64,000 nt of DNA from an uncultured candidatus Brocadiaceae bacterium. GTDB lineage: Bacteria; Planctomycetota; UBA11346. Position numbers and translations under genes: made by a program. The stretch's first letter is position 1; every line of letters begins with the position of its first letter. The notes below the pieces were generated by a model. It was not told the origin of the DNA. It made no database searches and saw nothing but the letters and a program-made list of their open reading frames with translations. Positions 9,584-18,499 of the stretch are shown one piece after another. The stretch spans positions 128,023 to 192,022 of the forward strand of contig CAZZAM010000001.1 in NCBI GenBank assembly GCA_964652775.1, read 5' to 3'.

Positions 9584-9756
9584 TCCGGCAGTCCGAGTTG
9601 CCCTACTCAGATCCGCGCACCGCTCTAGAGTCACGATGAAGCCACACCGATGATCACATCAATAATCTTCACTCCAGCCTCACCGTTCTCGTTGCCAGCA
9701 AAACGTTCTCTCCCATCACGAGAGGTTGGCGTCAGTCACTGGCGTCTCCACACCCC

Positions 9757-11358
9757 ATGAATCACCAGACTGCCACGCTTCTTTCAGCGACCCCCGAGCC
9801 GCAGGACGCCGCTGTCCTCGCCATGTGGGCCCCCGTCGTCACCCATACGCATCTCCTGCGCACCGGTCGCCTCCCGGCTGTTCAAGTTCCTGATCTACTT
9901 CAGTCCTGGACTCACAACCATCGCGTTCGTGCCATCGGCGTCGGCTCACCGTGGGAATCGGCGTCCTCTGCTGCCTACGCGCGCGGTGAAGCGATTGATC
10001 GCGATCGTTACTATGCAGGCCTCATCCCACCGGCCGAGGTGATGTGCGCCGACGCCGTGCATGGCTTGGTGGCGGGGCTTAACAAGCACAGTTCGGGTTG
10101 TTGTTACTATCTCGACAACGAGACGCCGAAATGCCGCTATGGACACATCTGGTATTTTGGCTGGAAATACCTGTGGCCAGCGTGGCACGATTACGACCAG
10201 GGACGCGAGGTGTGGTTCAATGAATCGGACACTGCTGCTGAAATCAATCCGCTCACCGGCGCTCCGCATCGCCGACGGGCGTATCTTGAGGTCGTGCACG
10301 AGCAGCGCCGTCATGGCGCCCTCGCCATCTGGGCACATCCGACCAGCTGGTGGAAAGACCATGGTCACTTCGTAACCAACATTGCCGCCGAATTGCCGCT
10401 CCAACTCCACGCCGATGGTATGGTCGATGGCATGGCGGTGATGGGGTACGACGCCTGCCATCGCTCGTACCAGGAACTCTGGTTCCATCTCCTTGATAGT
10501 GGCGCTGTGATACCTGGTTTTGCCGAAACCGACGCCTGCTTTGACAATGGCGAACGAAAAGCGGACGAACTGCTGTTAGCGACCCGCTTGCCACTGGGAA
10601 ACGACGCCAGTCTTGAACGCATTATCGCCACCGCCCGCCGTGGCCTCGCCTTCGCTACATCTGGCCCCCATCTCACCATCACCATTGATGGCACCCCAAT
10701 GGGATCATCGCTGCCTACTGCCAGCGGCCGACGACATCGCGTTCGAATCACAGCTTGGCCAGCACCTGGTGAAGCCTGTCTGTCGCGCATCGAACTGATC
10801 GGTCGTGGAGGACGCGTTTTGGCGCAAGCACAGCAGTTTCCCGGTGGCACCATGGAATTCGGTCTCACTGGCCAAGATCAAGCCAACTGGGTTCTGGCTC
10901 GGGCTTGGGGCGAACACGAAGATCCCGACCAGTCCAAGCAACAAAAGATCCGGCAATTCGCCATCACCAATCCTGTCTATTTGACGCACGGAGCGCCATT
11001 CAGCCAAGTTCGCAGCGCCTATCGGCTCACGGTGCGCCCTGGCAGCCAGTGGGCTGGTGGGCTCGTTCGCTTCACCGATCCGCATGGTCTTGAGCTTGAA
11101 CGCGCAGCTCTGCGCGGCGGAACGACCATCGCCTGCGAACTGCCGGGAAATGCCCGCGCCGTGCTGACCAAAGATGGACGCGAACATGCGTTCTTCATCG
11201 CCAGCGAAGACCGCACAGTACAGAAACTCACCCGTCATCTCTGGGCCGGAGAATTTCTTACCGCATGTCCGAACGCCGCTTTCGGCGAAGTCCCCACTGC
11301 CGCCTTCAACCTTGAACCCATGCGCCGAGCCCTCGCCAGCGCCAGCCACACGGTGTAA
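9757..11358 (+). CDS. Hypothetical protein, possibly a PHP/CehA-McbA-like metal-dependent hydrolase
   Basis: 533-aa ORF. His-rich motifs are spaced as in PHP-fold enzymes ('VVTHTHLL', 'YGHIWYF', 'AIWAHPTSWW', 'FAETDAC'). The assignment is tentative. Confidence 0.45.
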   Translation: MNHQTATLLSATPEPQDAAVLAMWAPVVTHTHLLRTGRLPAVQVPDLLQSWTHNHRVRAIGVGSPWESASSAAYARGEAIDRDRYYAGLIPPAEVMCADAVHGLVAGLNKHSSGCCYYLDNETPKCRYGHIWYFGWKYLWPAWHDYDQGREVWFNESDTAAEINPLTGAPHRRRAYLEVVHEQRRHGALAIWAHPTSWWKDHGHFVTNIAAELPLQLHADGMVDGMAVMGYDACHRSYQELWFHLLDSGAVIPGFAETDACFDNGERKADELLLATRLPLGNDASLERIIATARRGLAFATSGPHLTITIDGTPMGSSLPTASGRRHRVRITAWPAPGEACLSRIELIGRGGRVLAQAQQFPGGTMEFGLTGQDQANWVLARAWGEHEDPDQSKQQKIRQFAITNPVYLTHGAPFSQVRSAYRLTVRPGSQWAGGLVRFTDPHGLELERAALRGGTTIACELPGNARAVLTKDGREHAFFIASEDRTVQKLTRHLWAGEFLTACPNAAFGEVPTAAFNLEPMRRALASASHTV

Positions 11359-11361
11359 CCC

Positions 11362-12012
11362 ATGCGACTCGTCTTCATTCGTCACGGAGAAATGCAGGGT
11401 GATCCCTGGTGCCGCCCATCCCGCCCCGTATCCGGCTGTCTCAGCGAACGCGGCATCGCGCAGGCCACCGCAACTGGGCGAGCGCTGGCCGGACGCTCAT
11501 GGCACCACGTGTTTGCCTCGCCACTGGGTCGGGCGCTGCAAACTGCCGAGATTGTATGCGGTCAGACAGCGCCGATTACAATTCTCGATTGTCTCCAGGA
11601 ATGGCTACCCAATCCCGATCTGGTCAAGGCTCCGAGCACGGTCTGGGAAGAGATGATGCGCCGTGATGCGAATCGACCAGTTGAAGAGTTGTGGCAGACC
11701 AATGCCGGTGAGGGCACGTACTCATTCTTCGGTCGTGTTGTACCTGGTGTGTTGCATGCCCTGGATGCGATCGGCTGTCATCCGCGTCACGGCGGATACG
11801 TCCTTGATGATGGACTAGCCAATGCGCAGGTCGCCATCGTCGCCCACGGTGGATCGCTGGGCGTGCTGCTCACGCATCTGCTCGGCCTGCGTCCATTCCC
11901 TGCGTCTTCATTCGGGTTTCAGTTGGCTGGCGTTGCCGAGCTTGAGTTATTTCCGCACGCCGGCGTATGCCACGTGCGGCTCATCTGCTCGGCTCCGGGA
12001 AGCGAAATCTAA
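11362..12012 (+). CDS. Histidine phosphatase family (phosphoglycerate-mutase-like) protein
   Basis: It has the catalytic 'RHG' motif at the N-terminus (MRLVFIRHGEMQGD) and the C-terminal 'AIVAHGGSLGVLL' motif. Length is 216 aa. Confidence 0.85.
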   Translation: MRLVFIRHGEMQGDPWCRPSRPVSGCLSERGIAQATATGRALAGRSWHHVFASPLGRALQTAEIVCGQTAPITILDCLQEWLPNPDLVKAPSTVWEEMMRRDANRPVEELWQTNAGEGTYSFFGRVVPGVLHALDAIGCHPRHGGYVLDDGLANAQVAIVAHGGSLGVLLTHLLGLRPFPASSFGFQLAGVAELELFPHAGVCHVRLICSAPGSEI

Positions 12013-12127
12013 AACGAATGGCGTCACTGCGCACCCGCCAGTGGAGTCCGTGGTCAACGCCACATCGTTACATGCCCGCGCAGTTTGTTCCATGCAATCG
12101 TCAACGATCATACACGGGAGATGCCTC

Positions 12128-15076
12128 ATGCCCATCCGCTTCCTACTCTGCTGTTTGTGCATCGGCCTGCTCGCTGGCAGCGAACCGGTCTACCTCGATC
12201 TCTCTGGTGTCGCTAACGTAGCACGCGAGGACGACGGTATTCCGAACAACGGTCAGGGTGGATGGACGGACGATGGCATCAACGACATGTTCACAAGTCC
12301 GTCGCTGCCACCAGGCACGCAGACAGTCAACGGAGTGCGTTTCCGCACGCTGAACCCCGTTGCCACCGGCGGCTCATCCGTGGTGATGCTCCGAGGCGCA
12401 ACCAGACCTACGCTGCCGCAGTCGGTGACGGTGTCAGCACATGGAGCAACGGGACGTTTTATTTACTTCGTTCACCATGGCGCGGCCCGTCCCAAGGGGA
12501 TAGCGCCAGCGGAGGTCGTCGCCACCTACACTGTCACCTATGCCGACGGTTCATCGGTGGCTATTCCGATCCGCGATGGTCGCGAGCTACGACACTGGTG
12601 GACAGGATCCTGGTGGGACAACAACGGCGCTGAAGCCTGGCCCGTGCTGATGGCGCAAAATGCTTACACCGCAAAGTGGCATCAATGGATTGGTCTATGG
12701 GCCACCTGTTGGACCAACCCCGAACCCGGCAAGGCGATCACCTCCATTACCCTCGCCTCGGCAGGCAGCGTGGCGCCGGCGATCTGGGCAATCACTATCG
12801 ACGATCAGAATTACCGCGAGACGGTCGGGGAAAAATACCAACTCGCAAAACCAGCAGAGGTACCGCCGGGCGCTTTCGACAGCCGCCTTGCCCTCGAACG
12901 CCACCTGATCAGACAAGAGATGCGCGCATCCGGCATGATCGTCGGCATGCGCTCGCTTGAACTGATTCGCCCCGATTTACTGGCCGTGACCATCGATGCA
13001 GCGGTGAGCGATGGCCCAGGCCTGGACGAAACGGCGGCAAAAACGCTACAGAATCCATCACGATTCAGTGTAGTCACCGCCGATACGTCACTGCAACCGC
13101 AGCATCCTGCTCAAGTGGGCCGCCAGTCCTATCTCTTCACCACCGCCGACATCGGACGCTTTCCGGTGAATCCGATTTTCTGGCATGTCTATTATCTGCG
13201 TTTGGCCGAGCCGCTGCGTTCGGGATCCCAGATTTCAGTGCGGGTCTCCGACCTCGCATCTGGACTCGTCTCTGCGCTGCCGCTCACGTTCCAACCTCAG
13301 ACCATGATTACGCCAACGTTAAAGGTCAACCAAGCCGCCTACTGCGCCGCTGCTAGTCGTCGTTACGCCTATCTTGGGTGGTGGGCCGGTGATCTCGGCG
13401 CGGTTGACTTCTCGAGTTTCAATCGCTTTGCCGTGATCGATGAAAAAAATGGAACTGAAGTGCTCGCTGGGGCCATCACCCCACGACCAGCCACCACCGA
13501 CAGCAAACTCACTCCTGCGGCGGATGGCAGCGATCCGCTCAGTGGCGAGCGCGTGTTCCAGATCGACCTGTCACCGCTGAAGCCCGGCCGTTACCACCTG
13601 CTGGTGCCGGGTCTGGGACGCTCGTGGAGTTTCGGCGTCGGCGGCGATGACGCCTGGCAACTCGCGCGAACCACGCTCCGTGGTCTGCTGACCCAGCGCT
13701 GCGGTTGCGATCTGCCCGCTTCCGCCACGTCCTATCCGCGACCTGCGTGCCACGTCAATGTCTATCAGCACGGACGTCTGGTTGGCGGCGTCAACGAACG
13801 CAGGACTGATGGCAAACTGGTCGTTGCTAATGCAGCGCTGTCCGCCGACGAACCAATCCGCTCGTTTCACGGTGGTTATCACGACGCTGGCGACTTCGAT
13901 TTGTTCTCCGGACACCTCGTCGCCACTGCTCGCATGTTGAATTCTTTTGAAGTACAGCCCAACGCGTGGCGCGATGGCGATCTGAATCTACCTGAAAGCG
14001 GCAATGGTATTCCCGATCTGCTCGACGAGGCAGCCTGGGGTCTCGCGTTCTATGCCGACAACCAAGCCGAAGATGGCAGTGTTCCAGCCGGTCGAGGGAA
14101 CGACGAGGACTACCAGAACAAAGAATGGATCAAGGACGGCGGCAAGGAACACGGCGCGATTCCCCGCTTCGGCGTGTTCCCGCCGACCCGCGCAGCGACC
14201 GCCACATTCGCCGCCGTGGCCGCGCAATTCGCGCGACTGGTCGCCCCCTTCGACGCGACCAAGGCCGCCATGTATCGCGAACGCGCCGAACGCGCCTGGA
14301 CCTGGGCGACGAAGGACGGCGGTGGGGATTACCGCAACAAGGGGCTCAGTTACGCACGCTACCTCTTGCCACGCTGTCTGGCCTGGGCCGCCACCGAACT
14401 GTGGGAAACGACCAGCAAGCCGGAATACCATGCATTCGTCATGACCAAACGCGCCGACCCGGAGACATGGGCAACCACTTGGCAGGACGTTGGCGAACTG
14501 GGCTACTTCCAGTGGCCGTTCGCGCGCGCAACGCAGGCAGGAACCGACGTCGGTTATCAACAGGAACTCCGCGCCGCTATCATCAAACAGGCGGATGGTC
14601 TCGTCGCATTGCTCGATCGGCCGTCATACCGCATGAGCTCGCGCACTGATGGTGCGGGCGGTTGGGGTAACCTGGTTGGCGGAGGCAATCGTGGTGGACT
14701 GTGCCTCTATGCATGGTTCCTGACTCGCGACGTGAAGTATCTTGATGCCGCATCGCTCAACGCCGACTACCAACTTGGATGCAATCCGCTCGGCCGCAGC
14801 TTCATCACCGGGGTCGGCAGTCGGCCACCTATCCATCCCGAGTTACGTCCGTGGCTCTATGACAAGAACGACCTGCCTGCACCAGGTGTTCCCGTCTATG
14901 GTCCAGGCGGTGGACCGAAATCGTTGCGCGGTTCCTATCCCGAGGCCGTCCCCACCTGGCGCTGCTGGCTCGACAATCCGGTTTCAGAGCTGCATAGCGA
15001 ATTCGACTTGGTGCGCATGGGTACCGAGGCGGGATTCCACGCGCTCCTGTGGATCGCCGGCAAGGACGTTCGCTAG
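12128..15076 (+). CDS. Glycoside hydrolase family 9 protein with N-terminal accessory and Ig-like (CelD_N-type) domains
   Basis: ORF 11822..15076. I place the start at the ATG at 12128, which gives the signal peptide MPIRFLLCCLCIGLLAGS. 'LKVNQAAYCAAASRRYAYLGWW' fits the Ig-like domain. 'FHGGYHDAGDFD' fits the GH9 DAGD catalytic motif. 'NPLGRSFITGVGSRPP' is present near the C-terminus. Confidence 0.85.
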   Translation: MPIRFLLCCLCIGLLAGSEPVYLDLSGVANVAREDDGIPNNGQGGWTDDGINDMFTSPSLPPGTQTVNGVRFRTLNPVATGGSSVVMLRGATRPTLPQSVTVSAHGATGRFIYFVHHGAARPKGIAPAEVVATYTVTYADGSSVAIPIRDGRELRHWWTGSWWDNNGAEAWPVLMAQNAYTAKWHQWIGLWATCWTNPEPGKAITSITLASAGSVAPAIWAITIDDQNYRETVGEKYQLAKPAEVPPGAFDSRLALERHLIRQEMRASGMIVGMRSLELIRPDLLAVTIDAAVSDGPGLDETAAKTLQNPSRFSVVTADTSLQPQHPAQVGRQSYLFTTADIGRFPVNPIFWHVYYLRLAEPLRSGSQISVRVSDLASGLVSALPLTFQPQTMITPTLKVNQAAYCAAASRRYAYLGWWAGDLGAVDFSSFNRFAVIDEKNGTEVLAGAITPRPATTDSKLTPAADGSDPLSGERVFQIDLSPLKPGRYHLLVPGLGRSWSFGVGGDDAWQLARTTLRGLLTQRCGCDLPASATSYPRPACHVNVYQHGRLVGGVNERRTDGKLVVANAALSADEPIRSFHGGYHDAGDFDLFSGHLVATARMLNSFEVQPNAWRDGDLNLPESGNGIPDLLDEAAWGLAFYADNQAEDGSVPAGRGNDEDYQNKEWIKDGGKEHGAIPRFGVFPPTRAATATFAAVAAQFARLVAPFDATKAAMYRERAERAWTWATKDGGGDYRNKGLSYARYLLPRCLAWAATELWETTSKPEYHAFVMTKRADPETWATTWQDVGELGYFQWPFARATQAGTDVGYQQELRAAIIKQADGLVALLDRPSYRMSSRTDGAGGWGNLVGGGNRGGLCLYAWFLTRDVKYLDAASLNADYQLGCNPLGRSFITGVGSRPPIHPELRPWLYDKNDLPAPGVPVYGPGGGPKSLRGSYPEAVPTWRCWLDNPVSELHSEFDLVRMGTEAGFHALLWIAGKDVR

Positions 15077-15226
15077 CGATTCGGCGGCGCTCCGTGGCAG
15101 CGTGGTTGATCACGTCCGAGCGGATTTATCCACGGATTACGACGATTACGCAGATCTTGCAGGCGCGAGACGGTCAAGAACACGAATTTCGAAATCTGTG
15201 TAAGCTGAGAAATCTGTGAACCGAGT

Positions 15227-15384
15227 CCCGGCGATGGGATCACATGGAGAACCGGAGGAACGGAGCAGGCAGCGGCTTAGAGAATCAACGGCGTTCACCC
15301 AGGAGGTGAGTGCTTCTTTCGCCGCAAACCCAGTGCGACTCCGGTCCTCCGGTTCTCCATGTCGATCGAATGCTGCGTTTAGGG
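15227..15384 (+). repeat. ~158-nt hairpin repeat element, copy 1
   Basis: This copy aligns nearly base for base with 29909-30057 and 36140-36296. The 5' arm ACATGGAGAACCGGAGGAACGGAGC is complementary to the 3' arm GACTCCGGTCCTCCGGTTCTCCATGT. It sits in a convergent intergenic gap. Confidence 0.85.
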
Positions 15385-15409
15385 TGAATACAATCTCGCA
15401 CTTCGGACG

Positions 15410-18400
15410 TCAGGCCTCGAAGGCAAGGTACATGCCGCTCCAAGGCTGAAGCTCCAAGGACAAACGGTGCCAGCCGTTCATCAATCGCTTGGTCGGAATG
15501 CGTCGGCCGGTTGCCAAATCGATTGCTGATCGTGCCGACATTGCCAAGCGCACGCGCACATCTGCTTTCATACGCGTTCGCAAGTGACTGAAGAGCAGGA
15601 AATATTCCTTACTGCCCTTACGAATCAATTCCTTCCAGGCAAAAAGATCATCGGTCTGATAGTCTTTGCCACGGATACCCAAATGCCGACAGAGACGCAT
15701 CAGGGTGTGGTTCGTCATGCGTTCATGACTCTCAAAGTCACGGAACTCGTCGATCGCATCGTCGGCATTGATATCGTAACCAGCGAGAAGCACGGCGCCT
15801 TTCCCAAGTGGTCGGCGAATCAGTACGGGCTTGCCACGGGTATCGGTAAGCAACGGCTCGCCGTCGCCAATGACCTCACTGGCGTTACCGCGCATGGTTC
15901 CCCCACCAAAGCTGGCAGGGAATTTGATCGTACGCTTGGTCCGATCTCCATAGCGCACATCTTCCAATCCGAGCACTTGCCTGAGGAACGTTCGCTGCAC
16001 GCGGCCCGCACCGAGGATCTCGCAGGTCTTGGGGAAGACGAGGAGGTTAAGTCCTTTCTCGATCGACTCACGCAACAGCCAATACCATGGCTCGTCCGAC
16101 GGTAGGGATTGAGATCCTTCGCGGCCGAAGAAATCATTGTCGGGCAGGGTCATCAGCTTGTAGCAGGAAAAATCGTAGCGGTGTTTGTCGCAGATCAGAT
16201 CAACCGGAAAATCCAGGCAGGTAGCGATGTTGGCCAGTGAGCGGCTCTTCCAGGCCATGCGATCGAACACCGCCAACTCAGGAGCCGCACGAACCGCGCC
16301 CATCAATTCCCGACGGATGAATCCCATGCGGGCAATATCTTCGCCATAGACTCCGAGATCGGGTCCGGGGATCGTGTTGTAGGACGCGTTAAGGCGAACC
16401 GATTGAAACAAGGCGTCGTCATACTGCCGGTACATCGCACCCACCTGCCATGCCTCACCACCCCAGCGAACTGAGTGCAGCGGGGCGCTATGCGCATACA
16501 CAGCCGTGGGATCGAATTTGCGTTCTTCGATCCAATGTTTTGCCTTGGCCTCAAGAAAGTACGTGGACACATCGGCAATGGAGCCTGCGCCATGGCCCGG
16601 CGGATCCGATGGCAACTTCGACGGCGCAAATTGACGGACGATGTTGTTGACGTGTCTGACACCAACATCAATTGACCACATGCGGAACTGCACATACACG
16701 CCAAAGGCGTCTTTCTCTTCGGAGTAAGGCACCGGCACATCGTTGAAACTCTGGAAATCCCGCGCAAATAGCCTGCCGACCGTAGCAAGTGACCAGCCCA
16801 ACTCGTCGCGGAGGTAGGCTGCAAAGGCCGTACGCTCGTGCGGAGAATAATCGAAAATCTTGTTGTCGCCCCCGTAATAGTAGTAGCCGTAGGGGAAGTC
16901 GGAGTTGCCGAAGTCATAAATAAAATTGAGCACGCGTGGATGCTCAGCATAGCGCTTGGTCATCGCTTCCAACATGCCGAAGTAGTGCGTGCGATAGAAC
17001 GGACTCCAAATACTTGGGAAGAAACCCGGCTTGCCGTGCCGGTCAATGGCTGGTTCCTTCAAGCTCCACCACGGCACGCCGCCATCGCCCAGGCCCGAAC
17101 CACGCGTGGTCGGGAACATCCATAACTGCAGTTGCAACTTTTCCTCTTCGGCCATCGCTAAAATCTCGTCGGGAATACGCCAGTCGTAAGTTCCAGGCTG
17201 GGGCTCGACATCTTCCCATGGAATGTTGACGCGGGCGTACTGGCAACCACGTGCGCGCATCTCGCGGCAAAAAAACCTGAACTCCTCCGTGATTTTCGGC
17301 TCCTGGAAAGACCAGTAGGTAGAAAACCCATAGCCGATATCGCTGGAGGCTGGCGCGGACAACGTACGCAAGGTGGTGGTCGCCAAGGTCCGAGTTTTGT
17401 TGCCATCACCGACCACGACATCGAGGCGCGAGACACCGAAGCGACGTGGTATGCGCAGCATCGATAGTCGGCGGCTTGCGCCTGCATTGACCGCAAATGA
17501 CCGCCAAACGCCGATCTCGCGGCCATCAGCAAGCACACGCACATCCATTGCCGTTCGCTCATGACCAAGATTGCGAATGGTCACCACCGGTAATTCAGCG
17601 TCGCCTTCAACAACCAACGGCCGCGCCTCAATTCCGGCCGCCAATTCCACCGGCTGGAGCCAAGCAAGCAAACTGAGAACCATGGGCCCAATGCCCTTCC
17701 ACTCTCGAGTAAGCAATCCGGGGTCACGGGTCCACGGCAGTTGGTAAGCACCATCAACATTCTCGCGCGGTTCGCCGCCGATGAATCCGATCACCGCCAA
17801 GCGCGCGCCAAGGAACTTCTTGCAACGTCGTTCCACCACCGTGACCGCAGAAGAACTGTCGGCGTGGCTATTACTTTCGATGCGGAGCAAGGGATGGGCT
17901 TCGTCGGGGGGAAATGCGGTGATGCGTAGCGCGGGAAAGTTTTTCCCGGTAAAGAAAGCGTGATCCTCAAGACGTCCAAGAATCTTCCGTCCGGTTTCGG
18001 TTAGGCCATCACCCGTGATGCGGCAGTCGTCATAGCAACGGGTCAGATGAAACCGCGAGGCGTGCATATTCCGCAGCGGAAACCATTTTCCATGATGTGG
18101 GAGATCACCCAGGAAAAATAACGAACCGCCAGCTGCATGAAAGGCGATCAAGCCCGCGAGCGCCTCCTCAGTAAAATCACCGCGGATATAGGGTATAACG
18201 AGGATGTCCGTATTGGAACGAGTGATCGTCCGCAGTTCCGCATGCCCGAGCAGGCGGAATGGCATGCGCCGGGATGCCAGCAGGGTGGCGATATCCTCGG
18301 CTCCGTACTCCGGCATCGCCTGGAATGCAGCGTCTTTGAAGACAGCTATTTTACCTACTGACCTCATGGGGGGAATCCTGTGTTGTTTTATGTCCGCACC

Positions 18401-18415
18401 GTGAATCAGTTTCAT
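15410..18415 (-). CDS. Large glycoside-hydrolase-like protein (GH42-type TIM barrel flanked by glutamine-amidotransferase-like domains)
   Basis: 1001-aa ORF. 'GCQYARVNIPWEDVEPQPGTYDWRIPDEILAMAEEEKLQLQLWMFPT' resembles the GH42/beta-galactosidase barrel. N- and C-terminal 'ILVIPY...AGGSLFFLGD' / 'GAVLLAGYD' segments resemble the GH42 trimerisation-type fold. Confidence 0.6.
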   Translation of the reverse strand: MKLIHGADIKQHRIPPMRSVGKIAVFKDAAFQAMPEYGAEDIATLLASRRMPFRLLGHAELRTITRSNTDILVIPYIRGDFTEEALAGLIAFHAAGGSLFFLGDLPHHGKWFPLRNMHASRFHLTRCYDDCRITGDGLTETGRKILGRLEDHAFFTGKNFPALRITAFPPDEAHPLLRIESNSHADSSSAVTVVERRCKKFLGARLAVIGFIGGEPRENVDGAYQLPWTRDPGLLTREWKGIGPMVLSLLAWLQPVELAAGIEARPLVVEGDAELPVVTIRNLGHERTAMDVRVLADGREIGVWRSFAVNAGASRRLSMLRIPRRFGVSRLDVVVGDGNKTRTLATTTLRTLSAPASSDIGYGFSTYWSFQEPKITEEFRFFCREMRARGCQYARVNIPWEDVEPQPGTYDWRIPDEILAMAEEEKLQLQLWMFPTTRGSGLGDGGVPWWSLKEPAIDRHGKPGFFPSIWSPFYRTHYFGMLEAMTKRYAEHPRVLNFIYDFGNSDFPYGYYYYGGDNKIFDYSPHERTAFAAYLRDELGWSLATVGRLFARDFQSFNDVPVPYSEEKDAFGVYVQFRMWSIDVGVRHVNNIVRQFAPSKLPSDPPGHGAGSIADVSTYFLEAKAKHWIEERKFDPTAVYAHSAPLHSVRWGGEAWQVGAMYRQYDDALFQSVRLNASYNTIPGPDLGVYGEDIARMGFIRRELMGAVRAAPELAVFDRMAWKSRSLANIATCLDFPVDLICDKHRYDFSCYKLMTLPDNDFFGREGSQSLPSDEPWYWLLRESIEKGLNLLVFPKTCEILGAGRVQRTFLRQVLGLEDVRYGDRTKRTIKFPASFGGGTMRGNASEVIGDGEPLLTDTRGKPVLIRRPLGKGAVLLAGYDINADDAIDEFRDFESHERMTNHTLMRLCRHLGIRGKDYQTDDLFAWKELIRKGSKEYFLLFSHLRTRMKADVRVRLAMSARSAIDLATGRRIPTKRLMNGWHRLSLELQPWSGMYLAFEA

Positions 18416-18470
18416 GCTGCAAAACTACCTGTTCCTGCCCACCTATTCAAACCATGGCCAAGCGGTTCAT

Positions 18471-18482
18471 GCTGAATTCAGC
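18471..18482. promoter_or_regulatory. Perfect palindrome GCTGAATTCAGC (candidate operator)
   Basis: It lies 56 nt upstream of the ATG at 18415. The same core recurs at 20173, 20256 and 23485. Confidence 0.5.
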
Positions 18483-18499
18483 AGCAGCCTACCAGCTGC

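Noticed and set aside
9698-9712. AGCAAAACGTTCTCT as a LacI-type (central CG) operator candidate in the 9511-9756 divergent region.
   Set aside because: Only the central AACGTT is palindromic and the flanks match poorly. It is a single occurrence and too weak to report as a feature.
11822-12127. N-terminal extensions of track ORFs: 11822-12127 (GH9), 23282-23563, 49976-50197, 52369-52551, 53423-53449, 55747-55851, 42626-42790, 43663-43713.
   Set aside because: The extensions overlap the upstream gene or intergenic repeats and are Arg/Cys-rich. In each case an internal ATG gives a proper signal peptide, Rossmann N-terminus or ATGA-coupled start.
15216-15449. ORFs that read through the hairpin repeats: 15216..15449, 29926..30177, 36024..36326, and the first 67 codons of 35096..36310. 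They give similar peptides (..GEPEERSRQ..SGSPCRSNAAF..).
   Set aside because: The similarity is at the nucleotide level and includes non-coding flanks. The copies are not kept in one frame, and they lie in intergenic gaps. They are repeat elements, not a gene family.
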